A stretch of DNA of 64,000 nt, taken from an uncultured Leptospirales bacterium (lineage in GTDB: Bacteria > Spirochaetota > UBA4802 > JAFGDQ01). Each line of letters opens with the position of its first letter. Within the stretch, counting starts at the first letter, position 1. The stretch spans positions 4,972 through 68,971 of the forward strand of contig CAZVDF010000012.1 of the NCBI GenBank assembly GCA_964626055.1, read 5' to 3'. A program made the position numbers and the translations under genes. This document shows positions 55,516 to 64,000 of the stretch, piece after piece. The notes beneath the pieces are model-generated. The model ran no database searches and was not told the DNA's origin. It saw nothing but the letters and a program-made list of their open reading frames with translations.

Positions 55516-57549
55516 TTATGTAAATCTGCTCTTTAAATAAAATGAAATTATAACAAGATACAAAAATACAAGCAGTACGGCTTTATGTTCATAAACCGGC
55601 TTTTCTTTTTCTATATGTTCCGATACGCGAACCGGACCTGCCATGCTGATGCCTTCAAGCGCAGCGGCGAATGTGTTTTTATCCGCTTCTACAAATTTGC
55701 CGCTTCCTCTCTCCGCAAAATTCCGCAGGTACTCCTTTCCGGCCGGAAGATATAAATGTTCATGCCATTTTTTCTCGTGATAATTTAAAAGCTGATATTT
55801 ATCTATAATCCGGCCGTTCTGCTCGATCGAAATATTTACAAGCCTGCCGTCGCTTTCCGTGAACGGATAAGGATTTGACGGTTTCAGGACAATATCCTTC
55901 AAAATCCTGCCGTCATAATCCGTCAACTGTATCTTCGCGTAAATATCGTTTTCGGAATTGATATAATTATTCTCAAAGGCAACGCTGCCGTTGCTGACAG
56001 CTACGGGCATAGAAGAGATCCCCAGAACATAGCGTACCAGCGACTTCAGGGCGGTTTCATTCGGTATTCGCGCATTATACGAAAATTTCCAGAAAGAATC
56101 CGTCAGTACGGCGAGCACTCTTGCCTTTTCCCTGATGCCGCCGGTAATAACCGGAAGACCGTTCCCCGTGCTGTAAAAAACATTTGCCCAGCTTTTCAGC
56201 TTAACCCTGTTAAGACCTTTGATTTTTATTCCGTGAATGGCATTCAGACCTGCGAGAGGCGTGTAACCGGACTGTACGTTCCGTATTACGTCGAATTCCC
56301 TGTTATCGTAATTCTCTCCTGCCGGGGGCACAAACGGCAGCACGGATTCGAATTTATTTGAAAGATAATCTTCGCGCTTGAACGATTCCGGGCCGCCTAA
56401 AAGCAGAAGTCCTCCGCCCGATTCAACGAATTTCACGATATTATTTATATAATATACATTTAAGAACCGGGTTAATTGAAAATCGTTTATAATGATCAGA
56501 TCGAAATTATCAAGCTCGTCCCTGAAAAGCTGATCAGTCGGGAATGGGATCAGGCTGAGCTCGCTATCCTTTGTCTTGAAAACCTGAACATTTGTCCGAA
56601 GGATATAGAAGGATATCATGTCAACGCCGGGTATGTTCTGAAGACCTCTCCTGATGAACGCAGTGTCCGGCGAAGGATGACCGCTTATATGAAGCACCCT
56701 GAATCCCCTGTATATCCCTTCGATCACGGCGAAGTCTTTATTGTTGGCCGTTACAATTTCACGCGAATCGACCGCGACCGAAGCTTCAAGCAAATTCACT
56801 CCTGTATTTTTGATTACAAGCTCAATGCCGCCCTGGCCGTAACCGTCTTTAAGATGCACAAGCGCCGCGCCCGTATTCTTGCCGTTAAGCTTAATATCCA
56901 CGGGGACGGTTTCAAGTCCGGTGCCGGGCGCGCTCACTGAAAAATATATTTTCTCTTTTGAATATTTCGGAATAAACCTCGGCGCCTTTACGATAGAAAC
57001 CGATTTATCGAACCTGACCGCGCTATTGCCGGTATTTAAATAGACGACATTATAAGGATATTCCCCCGGCAGACTCATATTATTTTTAAGTTCATCAATA
57101 TTCTCAGTCTCGTTGCCGTCCGTTATCAGCACAAATCCGGAAATGTTTTCCCCGCTATAGTTGCCGGATATATACGCGAGGACGTTTTTTAGAGATTTGA
57201 TAATGGCTGAAGACTCCGCACCCTCAGCACCGCCGGCCCGATCAGAGAAGGGAATAATGTCCAAATTATAATCTTTCCAGATTCTATCTGCGATATCCCT
57301 GAAATCGTGCATTTTCAATCCGGCGCCGGCCACGCTGGCGGAAACGTCAAAGGCGGCAACGACAGTCCTTCTTACGGCTGCCTGTTGCTTTATGCTGATC
57401 CTGTATTGAAGCCCGAATAAAATCAGTAAGACAATAATAATAAGCGTATCTGCCGCGAAAGCAATTCTGGCCCAGGACTTATCCCAGGGAAGCCTTAACA
57501 CATAAACCGAAAGTACGAGCGCAATTGCGGCTGTTATGAAGAATATCAT
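55516..57549 (-). CDS. Membrane protein with N-terminal TM helices, vWA-like segment and class-I glutamine-amidotransferase-like (DUF1355-type) domain; BatA-like cluster member
   Basis: 677 aa. …VVAAFDVSASVAG… then …VLHISGHPSPDTAFIRRGL… and …ESGGGLLLLGGPESF… GATase1-like motifs. Confidence 0.45.
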   Translation of the reverse strand: MIFFITAAIALVLSVYVLRLPWDKSWARIAFAADTLIIIVLLILFGLQYRISIKQQAAVRRTVVAAFDVSASVAGAGLKMHDFRDIADRIWKDYNLDIIPFSDRAGGAEGAESSAIIKSLKNVLAYISGNYSGENISGFVLITDGNETENIDELKNNMSLPGEYPYNVVYLNTGNSAVRFDKSVSIVKAPRFIPKYSKEKIYFSVSAPGTGLETVPVDIKLNGKNTGAALVHLKDGYGQGGIELVIKNTGVNLLEASVAVDSREIVTANNKDFAVIEGIYRGFRVLHISGHPSPDTAFIRRGLQNIPGVDMISFYILRTNVQVFKTKDSELSLIPFPTDQLFRDELDNFDLIIINDFQLTRFLNVYYINNIVKFVESGGGLLLLGGPESFKREDYLSNKFESVLPFVPPAGENYDNREFDVIRNVQSGYTPLAGLNAIHGIKIKGLNRVKLKSWANVFYSTGNGLPVITGGIREKARVLAVLTDSFWKFSYNARIPNETALKSLVRYVLGISSMPVAVSNGSVAFENNYINSENDIYAKIQLTDYDGRILKDIVLKPSNPYPFTESDGRLVNISIEQNGRIIDKYQLLNYHEKKWHEHLYLPAGKEYLRNFAERGSGKFVEADKNTFAAALEGISMAGPVRVSEHIEKEKPVYEHKAVLLVFLYLVIISFYLKSRFT

Positions 57550-59165
57550 TTGAACAGCTCCCGTTTTTTGAGCCTGTTCAGTATCTGGCGGGTATGTATC
57601 TGGTCGCTCTTGTAGTTCCCGCTGAGCATATAAAGAACGATATTAACACCGGCTTTCAATGCATCTCCGCTGCCGTTCAATATCTTCCGATTTAAATTAT
57701 TGTCTGACATAATAACAGCCGTGCGCCTTGTCGTAACGGATACATCGGCGCCGCTGAAATTCTGCTGATTCATAAGAAAAAAGGATTTATATACTGGATG
57801 GTCGGCAGGCAGACGTGAAAGACCCGGGCTGCCCGCGATCTTTAACGACAGCCCGTCGAAGAAGCGGCGGCAGGGGCTGCCCGCGCCCGCAGCATCGACG
57901 AATATTATGCCGCCTCTCTCTATGAAATCCGACAATGCAGCCGAGAGCTTTTCCGGCGATCCGCCTGTATCGGCGCAGCCGATTATCCAGAGATAAGGCT
58001 GATCGGGAAGCCTTCCCCGGATGAGCGAATGGGCTGAATGCGCCGCATAATAGTCCCGGGCTATCCTGACCGATGTCTTTTCTTCGAGCTCCCTCTTAAT
58101 TATCCGGAACATCGCCGCATTGTCTGTCTTATCGCTAAAAGTCAGCTCGATGAACTTAAAGTCTTCCGCGTAAAGATTCCCGCCGATCATCAGAATAAAT
58201 ATTAAAGACAATATTTTTTTAAAGCGTATTTTTCTATACAGGAAAAGAATCAGTTCAAAAATAAAAATAAAGCATGCGATCCCCAGCATCATATTAAGGG
58301 AAAGAAGGCTTTTCACTTCGCCGATACCCGGCACATTATCCTTCCCGGCATTCTTTGAAATTTTTTTCCCGGATTTTTCCGCAGCAGGAATATTATTAAT
58401 AAAGCCGTCAATTATTTCGGTAAAATACCCGGATACGCCCAGATCGCCCCAGAAGCCGGATACGCCCGCACCGAACAGAAGAATTCTGGCGTTATTATGC
58501 GTAAACGATACCGCTATCGCAGTGCCGTCCCACAGCTCGGCTCGTTTATGCACCTTATCGCTCGCGATAATTATCGGATAGTACGACTTTAAAGTAATGT
58601 CCGTATCCTTAATCTTTTCTTCCTTAACGCGGATCGGGGAAAAATCGAACAGCTCAATCCATTTAAGAAACGCATTGCCTGCCTGTTTTCTGTGAGGAAA
58701 AATTATCACATCACCGCGCAGTGAATTGATCGTCTTTTCGGATGGATTGTAGACAATGCTCACGCCTGCAGATCCTGTTTTGTAATTTTTTACAAAGGCT
58801 TCAAGAAAAAACCTGTCTTCATCGAATCTGTCAGTCGCCTGAGCCTGCGCGATCAGCTTCAGTCTATATTCTGCTCCAGCCGTATTTGCTTTATCGGCAG
58901 GCTCATGAAAGAACGTATTTCTCCCGGGCATGCCTACTTCCGAAGGATCGAATATAATCAGGATAATAATTATTGCGAATACAAGCCTTGCCGACAGCAG
59001 AGGAACATCTTTAAAGCTTCTCACTTTCAGGAAATCCGATTTGAGTTTCCTGATAACAAAGAACGAACCCAGTCTCTGTTCTGTGCCGCTGGAAATTCTC
59101 AGGTACATGGTTAAAAATACGAAGGGCACGGCAGCAAGCGCAAGTATATAATAAAATATATTCAT
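57546..59165 (-). CDS. Membrane protein, DUF4159-like C-terminal domain (aerotolerance/BatA-like cluster)
   Basis: 539 aa. Several TM segments. C-terminal …YLWIIGCADTGGSPEKLSAALSDFIERGGIIFVDAAG… region. Confidence 0.4.
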   Translation of the reverse strand: MNIFYYILALAAVPFVFLTMYLRISSGTEQRLGSFFVIRKLKSDFLKVRSFKDVPLLSARLVFAIIIILIIFDPSEVGMPGRNTFFHEPADKANTAGAEYRLKLIAQAQATDRFDEDRFFLEAFVKNYKTGSAGVSIVYNPSEKTINSLRGDVIIFPHRKQAGNAFLKWIELFDFSPIRVKEEKIKDTDITLKSYYPIIIASDKVHKRAELWDGTAIAVSFTHNNARILLFGAGVSGFWGDLGVSGYFTEIIDGFINNIPAAEKSGKKISKNAGKDNVPGIGEVKSLLSLNMMLGIACFIFIFELILFLYRKIRFKKILSLIFILMIGGNLYAEDFKFIELTFSDKTDNAAMFRIIKRELEEKTSVRIARDYYAAHSAHSLIRGRLPDQPYLWIIGCADTGGSPEKLSAALSDFIERGGIIFVDAAGAGSPCRRFFDGLSLKIAGSPGLSRLPADHPVYKSFFLMNQQNFSGADVSVTTRRTAVIMSDNNLNRKILNGSGDALKAGVNIVLYMLSGNYKSDQIHTRQILNRLKKRELFK

Positions 59166-60013
59166 GCGACAGCCCTTATAAATGCATTGAACGGGTCCTC
59201 GTTCGTGTATACTTTTGCGACCCTTGCGCCGAAGGATTTTCCTGTTCTGGTTACCGAATGAATATGCTCGTGGAATAAACGATGATATCTGTCGCTTATA
59301 TCGACGGTTTCCGCAAGCAGCGAAGCGCCGGATTCCGGATCGAGGAATTTAAAGCGTCCGCTGAAATTGAACTTTTCTTCATACGGATCGTTTATACTTA
59401 TCATGAAAATATTTTTTGTTTTATGCGAGAGCGTTTTCAAATAATTTGCGAGGATATCGGTTTCAATGAAAAAATCGCTAAGCATAAAGACATTGGCGGA
59501 TGAGTCCATCGCGGAATCGATAAAAGCTTCCTCTGCGCCGCGCGTTTCAATATCCGTAAGCAGATCGATTAACGAGTGCTCGGTTTCGGCGCGCAGCCTT
59601 TCGCCCGCGTACGAGACATATACCCTGTCCCTGCTTTTCAGGGCGGATCGTCCAGCAATATACGCGAGAGTAAGCGCGGTCGTGAATTTCGACACGCTGT
59701 CATTATACGACGCCCTCATGGACGCGGAGCCGTCCGGTATTATTACAAAATCGGTCTGCCTGTAGCCCTCGCGTATCTTAACGTAAAGCCTCTCCGTCCT
59801 GGCGGAGAGCTTCCAGTCAATGTCTTTTACGGCGTCGCCTTTACGGTAATACCTGTAATCCATTATTACCGGGCTGTATCCGGGTTTTGAGGAAATTCTT
59901 TCCCCCATTCGCATGCCTGTGCCTTTTACGGAGACAAGGCTTTTGCCGATTCTCGAATTAAGCCCGTAGCGGGCTATATTATTCAGAAACTGTGATTTTT
60001 GCGATAAGCTCAT
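59162..60013 (-). CDS. DUF58-domain protein (vWA-like; MoxR partner)
   Basis: 283 aa, DUF58 pattern (…DWKLSARTERLYVK…FVIIPDGSASM…), overlaps the moxR gene. Confidence 0.65.
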   Translation of the reverse strand: MSLSQKSQFLNNIARYGLNSRIGKSLVSVKGTGMRMGERISSKPGYSPVIMDYRYYRKGDAVKDIDWKLSARTERLYVKIREGYRQTDFVIIPDGSASMRASYNDSVSKFTTALTLAYIAGRSALKSRDRVYVSYAGERLRAETEHSLIDLLTDIETRGAEEAFIDSAMDSSANVFMLSDFFIETDILANYLKTLSHKTKNIFMISINDPYEEKFNFSGRFKFLDPESGASLLAETVDISDRYHRLFHEHIHSVTRTGKSFGARVAKVYTNEDPFNAFIRAVA

Positions 60014-60947
60014 CTATATCCTTGCCTGTTCTCGTGAAGATCGCCGACGGGATTATCCTGTGCCGCATTACGCTCCCGAACACGGCTTTTACATCGCGTT
60101 CGGTCACTACGCCCTCGCCGAAAAGGAGAGCGTGCGCCCTGGATGCGTGGATGAGATGGTAAGCGGCGCGCGGACCCGCCCCCCATTCGAGCATCTCGCG
60201 GACTTCGGATGAGGACGAGGGATCGTCAGGCCTTGTTTTCCTGACAAGCGACACAGCTCCGGACATCACGCTTTCCGGCACAGGCACATCGTCGACAATA
60301 CTTTGGTATTTCAAAAGATCTTCTTTCGCGATCACGGGGCTTATTCTTTCGAGGGCTTTCGAATGATCCTTTGACGCGATGATTACTTCGTCGTTAAAAC
60401 CCGGATAGTCCACCAGTATCTCCATGATAAATCTGTCGAGCTGGGCTTCCGGGAGGGGATAAACCCCTTCATAATCTATCGGGTTCCTTGTCGCAAATAC
60501 AATGAAAGGCTCGTCAAGCTTATAAAGCTCGCCTCCAAGCGTCACGCTCTTCTCCTGCATGGCCTCGAGCAGAGCGCTCTGGGTTCTCGGAGTGGCCCTG
60601 TTGATCTCATCCGCAAGAAGGATGTTTGTGAATACCGGGCCTTTGATATACCTGAAGCTCTTCTTCCCGGATTCATCCATATCGAGGATCTCGACTCCCA
60701 CAATGTCCCCCGGCAGCAGGTCCGGCGTGAATTGAATTCTTGAATTCTCGATCCCGAGCGCCATTGCCGCAGCTTTTACCGCAAGCGTCTTTGCCAGGCC
60801 GGGGGCGCCTGTTATGAGAGTATGCCCGCACGCCAGCAGAGCCGTGCTGATCTGCCTGATTATCCCGCTCTGCCCCACAATTACCTTGCCGATCTCCTGC
60901 GCAGCTTTTTCGAAGTCGTCTTTCAGCTTATTTATTAATTCCTGCAT
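59979..60947 (-). CDS. MoxR-family AAA+ ATPase
   Basis: Walker A GAPGLAKT, Walker B, AAA lid; 322 aa. Confidence 0.9.
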   Translation of the reverse strand: MQELINKLKDDFEKAAQEIGKVIVGQSGIIRQISTALLACGHTLITGAPGLAKTLAVKAAAMALGIENSRIQFTPDLLPGDIVGVEILDMDESGKKSFRYIKGPVFTNILLADEINRATPRTQSALLEAMQEKSVTLGGELYKLDEPFIVFATRNPIDYEGVYPLPEAQLDRFIMEILVDYPGFNDEVIIASKDHSKALERISPVIAKEDLLKYQSIVDDVPVPESVMSGAVSLVRKTRPDDPSSSSEVREMLEWGAGPRAAYHLIHASRAHALLFGEGVVTERDVKAVFGSVMRHRIIPSAIFTRTGKDIDELIAKITVSE

Positions 60948-61146
60948 TATTCCTCCGATCAGAACTCGCTCCGGTTTTCAATTATTGTTTTCAGGACGTT
61001 ATACAGCTCTTATATCCCGAATCTATCGGCCTAGTTGCAAAAATTTTTTCTGTCAATTAAAAATAACGATATTGTTATTTCTGTCCTGACTTATGAAGAT
61101 GTTTAAAGTGCGAGAAAATCACTCAACATTAAAGAAAACCGATTTC

Positions 61147-62769
61147 TTACGACATTTTTATCAGATTTTGCATGCTAAACACAAGCATCCGTGCGGACTG
61201 GGTCATATACCGGTTAGCCAGAAGCAGCCGTGTAACTTCATTTTCTAGAATTCTTCCTTCAGACACAGCTCTTGCGCATGCATGTATGAATTCCTTATCC
61301 ACGTCTTCAATTGATTTAAAATATGATGATAGATATTCCGTAATAGCAGAATCATTCAGTGCCCCGCAGACTTTTACGGCCGTTCCGCAGAGCTTTTCCA
61401 GACGTTTCAGGAAACCGGAATGAGCTTCGATCATAAAAGGCTGATCATCCTGCCCAATTTCTTCTATCTCCTCAAAAAGCTCATAGAGATTCCTTACGGC
61501 ATTCATAATGCTGCGGCTGGATCTTACCAGCAATTCCAGCTGCACAGCTTCCCGGCTGCTGATTTCAAAGGCCTGTGCTTTTGCATAGAAAGAGAATATT
61601 TCAGCATGCAGGCCGTCAATATCCCTGTAACCGATATCTTCCTCCTGCAATCCCAGTAAGCTGCCGGATACAATATCGGGGGGATTCAGCCTGTACTTTC
61701 TTCCGATATACAATGAAGATAAATACAGCTGATTTATGATCTCATTTTTAATAGCGGTAATTGCAGCTTCCGGTACCTGTGCATTTGTATTCTGGATAAA
61801 ACGAGTAAGCGCCGCTTGTTTCTCAGAGAATAAACGTTCAAGCTTACTGGAAAGAACGGGTAGTATCGGGAAAAAAATAACTGCGCCAGCTATATTAAAA
61901 AGCGTATGGAAAGCGGCTATACCAAGAACAGGATTGCCGGACAAACCGAAAATATCGTCTAATAATTGCGTTATAAAAGGTATAAGCGGATAAATTACAA
62001 TTGAAGTTCCCAGCGTAAATGCAAGTGAGCTTACCGCGGTTCTTTTCTTCGCTGGTATTCCCCCGATAGAGCCGATAAAAATAGTTACCGTAGTTCCGAT
62101 ATTCGCGCCGACAACCATTGCCGCGCCCTGCCCGAAGTTTATTATCCCGGAAAATATCGCGGTGAGGACCACCGCTATGGTTGCGGAACTCGACTGCATG
62201 AGAGCTGTCAGGAGTATACCGGCAATAGCGTATATCCATAAGCCGAAATGCCGGATGGACGACGGATCAAACAATACCGTAAATTTTTCCACGCTTGTTT
62301 TCATAAAATCAAGCCCCAGGAAAAGAAAACCGAATGCCGCTATCAGCTTGCTGATATTGGCATAACGCGCGGAATTGGAAAGAAAAATAAGTCCCAGGCC
62401 GCCTATTCCGATCATCGGGAAGGCAAATGCATCAATTTTAAATTTGAATCCGAACAAGGCTACGATCCATGCAGTTAGCGTAGTCCCGATCTTGGCCCCG
62501 ATTATCACTGCGATGGCATTTGAGAGAGTCATAAGACCCGCCCCTATAAAAGCCAGAATCATAAGAGATACCGCCGAACTGCTCTGTAATATGGCCGTAC
62601 TGATAAAACCGGTTATAATACCGTTAACGCGCGTTCCGGTATACCGGCGTATCAATACCTTGAAAGTGCGTCCGGCCAGTTGCTTTACGGACTCTTCCAT
62701 CATGTATATACCGAGCAAAAAAATCCCGAGCCCGGCTAAAAATTTCCATTCATCGAATAATTCCAGCAT
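61147..62769 (-). CDS. Na+/phosphate cotransporter (NptA/PNaS family) with C-terminal PhoU-like regulatory domain
   Basis: 540 aa. Duplicated Na_Pi_cotrans repeats (…ILQSSSAVSLM… / …LMQSSSATIAV…). Helical cytoplasmic tail. Confidence 0.8.
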   Translation of the reverse strand: MLELFDEWKFLAGLGIFLLGIYMMEESVKQLAGRTFKVLIRRYTGTRVNGIITGFISTAILQSSSAVSLMILAFIGAGLMTLSNAIAVIIGAKIGTTLTAWIVALFGFKFKIDAFAFPMIGIGGLGLIFLSNSARYANISKLIAAFGFLFLGLDFMKTSVEKFTVLFDPSSIRHFGLWIYAIAGILLTALMQSSSATIAVVLTAIFSGIINFGQGAAMVVGANIGTTVTIFIGSIGGIPAKKRTAVSSLAFTLGTSIVIYPLIPFITQLLDDIFGLSGNPVLGIAAFHTLFNIAGAVIFFPILPVLSSKLERLFSEKQAALTRFIQNTNAQVPEAAITAIKNEIINQLYLSSLYIGRKYRLNPPDIVSGSLLGLQEEDIGYRDIDGLHAEIFSFYAKAQAFEISSREAVQLELLVRSSRSIMNAVRNLYELFEEIEEIGQDDQPFMIEAHSGFLKRLEKLCGTAVKVCGALNDSAITEYLSSYFKSIEDVDKEFIHACARAVSEGRILENEVTRLLLANRYMTQSARMLVFSMQNLIKMS

Positions 62770-62847
62770 TTAAAAAATCCTTTCGATTAGGCTCTACGAT
62801 AATCATAACAAACCAAATATCCCTCCCGGCCTGTGGCCGGCTTTCCA

Positions 62848-62900
62848 CCTTAACGGGGGGAACTAACTATGCAGTACCGGTTGCTCCCCCTGTTAAGGGG
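62848..62900. repeat. Inverted pair of GC-rich units CCTTAACGGGGGGAA … TCCCCCTGTTAAGGGG; same theme as CCCCCCTTAAGGGGGG at 28625-28650
   Basis: Seen directly. Confidence 0.4.
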
Positions 62901-62955
62901 AGTGGCTGCGTTTCGCGGCCGAAGGGGTTTCCCTGCAAGACCGTGGGATAAGTTA

Positions 62956-64000
62956 TCAAATAATGCATCCCACATTAAATCCATCCATTATTGCCTCGTC
63001 GATGCGGCCCGGTTCTTTGCATGAACCCACAAGATAATATTCCACTCCTTTTATTGCGATGCTGTTCGCAAGATCGCGGACGCTTTCCATTCCAGTTGCG
63101 AGCACCACGGATTCGGCCGGGATTTCCTGCTCAGCATTATTTTTATCAAGCACAAGCACGCTGTTCCCGCGTATCAGGAGAACCCGGGCGGATGAAAGGA
63201 TTTTCATCTTCCGCCTGATCCTTGAAACGAACTCCCAGCGCGTTGTCTGTCCGATATCCGACGCGATCCTGTCTATTTCAATTACAGTGATATTTTTGCC
63301 TTTATCGGAAAGATATTCGGCAGTTTCCAGGCCGACCATCCCTCCTCCTATCACCGCAATATTCTTCCCGACAGGATCCGTGCCCTTTAAAATTTCGAGC
63401 GCTGTAAATAGGTTATTGCCCGAAGTGCTAAAATTCGAACTGACTATTTTTGCCCCGGTCGCCAGCACAACAACGTCGGGCCTGGCCTTGACCATTTCAT
63501 CGATATCGAATTCGGAGGAAAGCTTTATATCAATATTATTAATTTTCAATTGATGGGAATAATAATCGGCAATATTTTTTAGTTCATACTTATGAGGAGG
63601 CACCAGAGAAAGGTTTACCATCCCTCCGATCCTTGAATCTTTTTCGTACATTGTTACTTTGTGGCCGCGTATGGAGGCTACGCGCGCAGTTTCAAGTCCG
63701 GCCGGACCTGCCCCTATCACTGCGACATGTTTCGGCCGGTCCGTTTTCTTTATAAGATTTTCCCCTTCTCTCCCGACCTCGGGATTTATTGCGCAATAAA
63801 AATTCGTTTGGCCGCCTGTTTTCATTCCGGCGAGTATGCAGTCAAAACAATGACAGCAGGCCGTACATCGCCTGATCTCATTCGTCCTGCCTTCGCGAGT
63901 TTTGTTTACAAAGTCCGCATCGGCAATAAGCCCCCTGGCAAGCCCTACCAGATCGGCTTTGCCCTTCGCAATGATCTCCGCGGCTATCTCCGGATAATTG
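62956..64000 (-). CDS. NADH:flavin oxidoreductase (OYE-like TIM barrel, C-terminal end) fused to an FAD/NAD(P)-binding pyridine-nucleotide-disulfide oxidoreductase domain (2,4-dienoyl-CoA-reductase/NADH-oxidase-like); N-terminus lies beyond the window end
   Basis: Minus-strand translation of 63826-64000 continues the frame: …NYPEIAAEIIAKGKADLVGLARGLIADADFVNKTREGRTNEIRRCTACCHCFDCILAGMKTGGQ… (OYE C-terminus with a Cys cluster). Then GXGXXG motifs VAVIGAGPAGLE and IAVIGGGMVGLE. Confidence 0.75.
   Translation of the reverse strand, partial: NYPEIAAEIIAKGKADLVGLARGLIADADFVNKTREGRTNEIRRCTACCHCFDCILAGMKTGGQTNFYCAINPEVGREGENLIKKTDRPKHVAVIGAGPAGLETARVASIRGHKVTMYEKDSRIGGMVNLSLVPPHKYELKNIADYYSHQLKINNIDIKLSSEFDIDEMVKARPDVVVLATGAKIVSSNFSTSGNNLFTALEILKGTDPVGKNIAVIGGGMVGLETAEYLSDKGKNITVIEIDRIASDIGQTTRWEFVSRIRRKMKILSSARVLLIRGNSVLVLDKNNAEQEIPAESVVLATGMESVRDLANSIAIKGVEYYLVGSCKEPGRIDEAIMDGFNVGCII

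Noticed and set aside
1-64000. Prophage, integron, transposase, toxin-antitoxin or known defence-system genes
   Set aside because: Searched the translations for integrase/recombinase, transposase DDE, HEPN/PIN/nuclease and restriction-modification signatures. None seen. The mobile content appears limited to non-autonomous MITE-like repeats.

Overview
This is a gene-dense window (~40% GC) from a diderm, apparently anaerobic bacterium, inferred from Sec/SECIS usage, Nqr/Rnf-type redox pumps, TonB-dependent receptors and a basal-body flagellar operon. Modules, start to end: (1) The 3' tail of an Fe-siderophore/B12-type ABC importer (FecCD permease fragment plus FepC-like ATPase) and a secreted metallophosphoesterase. 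(2) A large molybdate/tungstate block. It holds a porin-like OMP, modD-modA-modA-modB-modC, a TOBE/Mop protein, a CheY-like receiver, two TonB-dependent receptor/FecB-type binding-protein pairs, moeA-exbB-exbD-tonB, and a DUF4213/DUF364-FecCD-FepC-(SBP-like) operon with a FecB pseudogene remnant. A short ModE-N-like regulator gene follows. Seven copies of a ~65-bp module link these: a ModE-type palindrome CGTTATGTC-A(n)-CATAACG plus a TGTCAAG box. (3) A flagellar operon flgB-flgC-(small ORF)-fliE-fliF-fliG-fliH-fliI-fliJ. It continues into a lytic transglycosylase, a coiled-coil protein, a LolA-like secreted protein and a POTRA beta-barrel OMP. (4) An ABC ATPase, an NAD-dependent epimerase, and a 767-aa membrane-anchored coiled-coil protein ending in an HTH. 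(5) An nqrB-C-D-E-F operon with no nqrA (or rnfC) equivalent. (6) DedA, ArsR, and a HesB/IscA-like ORF with an in-frame UGA followed by a SECIS-like hairpin (a candidate selenoprotein the ORF track missed), plus a tiny TM peptide. (7) A 1436-aa fusion of two BadF/BcrA/HgdC-type activase ATPase modules with a 2-hydroxyacyl-CoA-dehydratase-like region. (8) A MoxR / DUF58 / TM-vWA-GATase-like (BatA-like) cluster, a Na/Pi cotransporter, and the C-terminal half of an OYE-FAD oxidoreductase running off the window end. Repeats: two MITE-like palindromic families (several copies each, some inserted inside operons), GC-rich CCCCC..GGGGG palindromic units clustered in the flagellar operon, and a TTACTCAAGTTGACTGAC inverted-repeat motif. 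No rRNA, tRNA, CRISPR, integrase or transposase was recognised.
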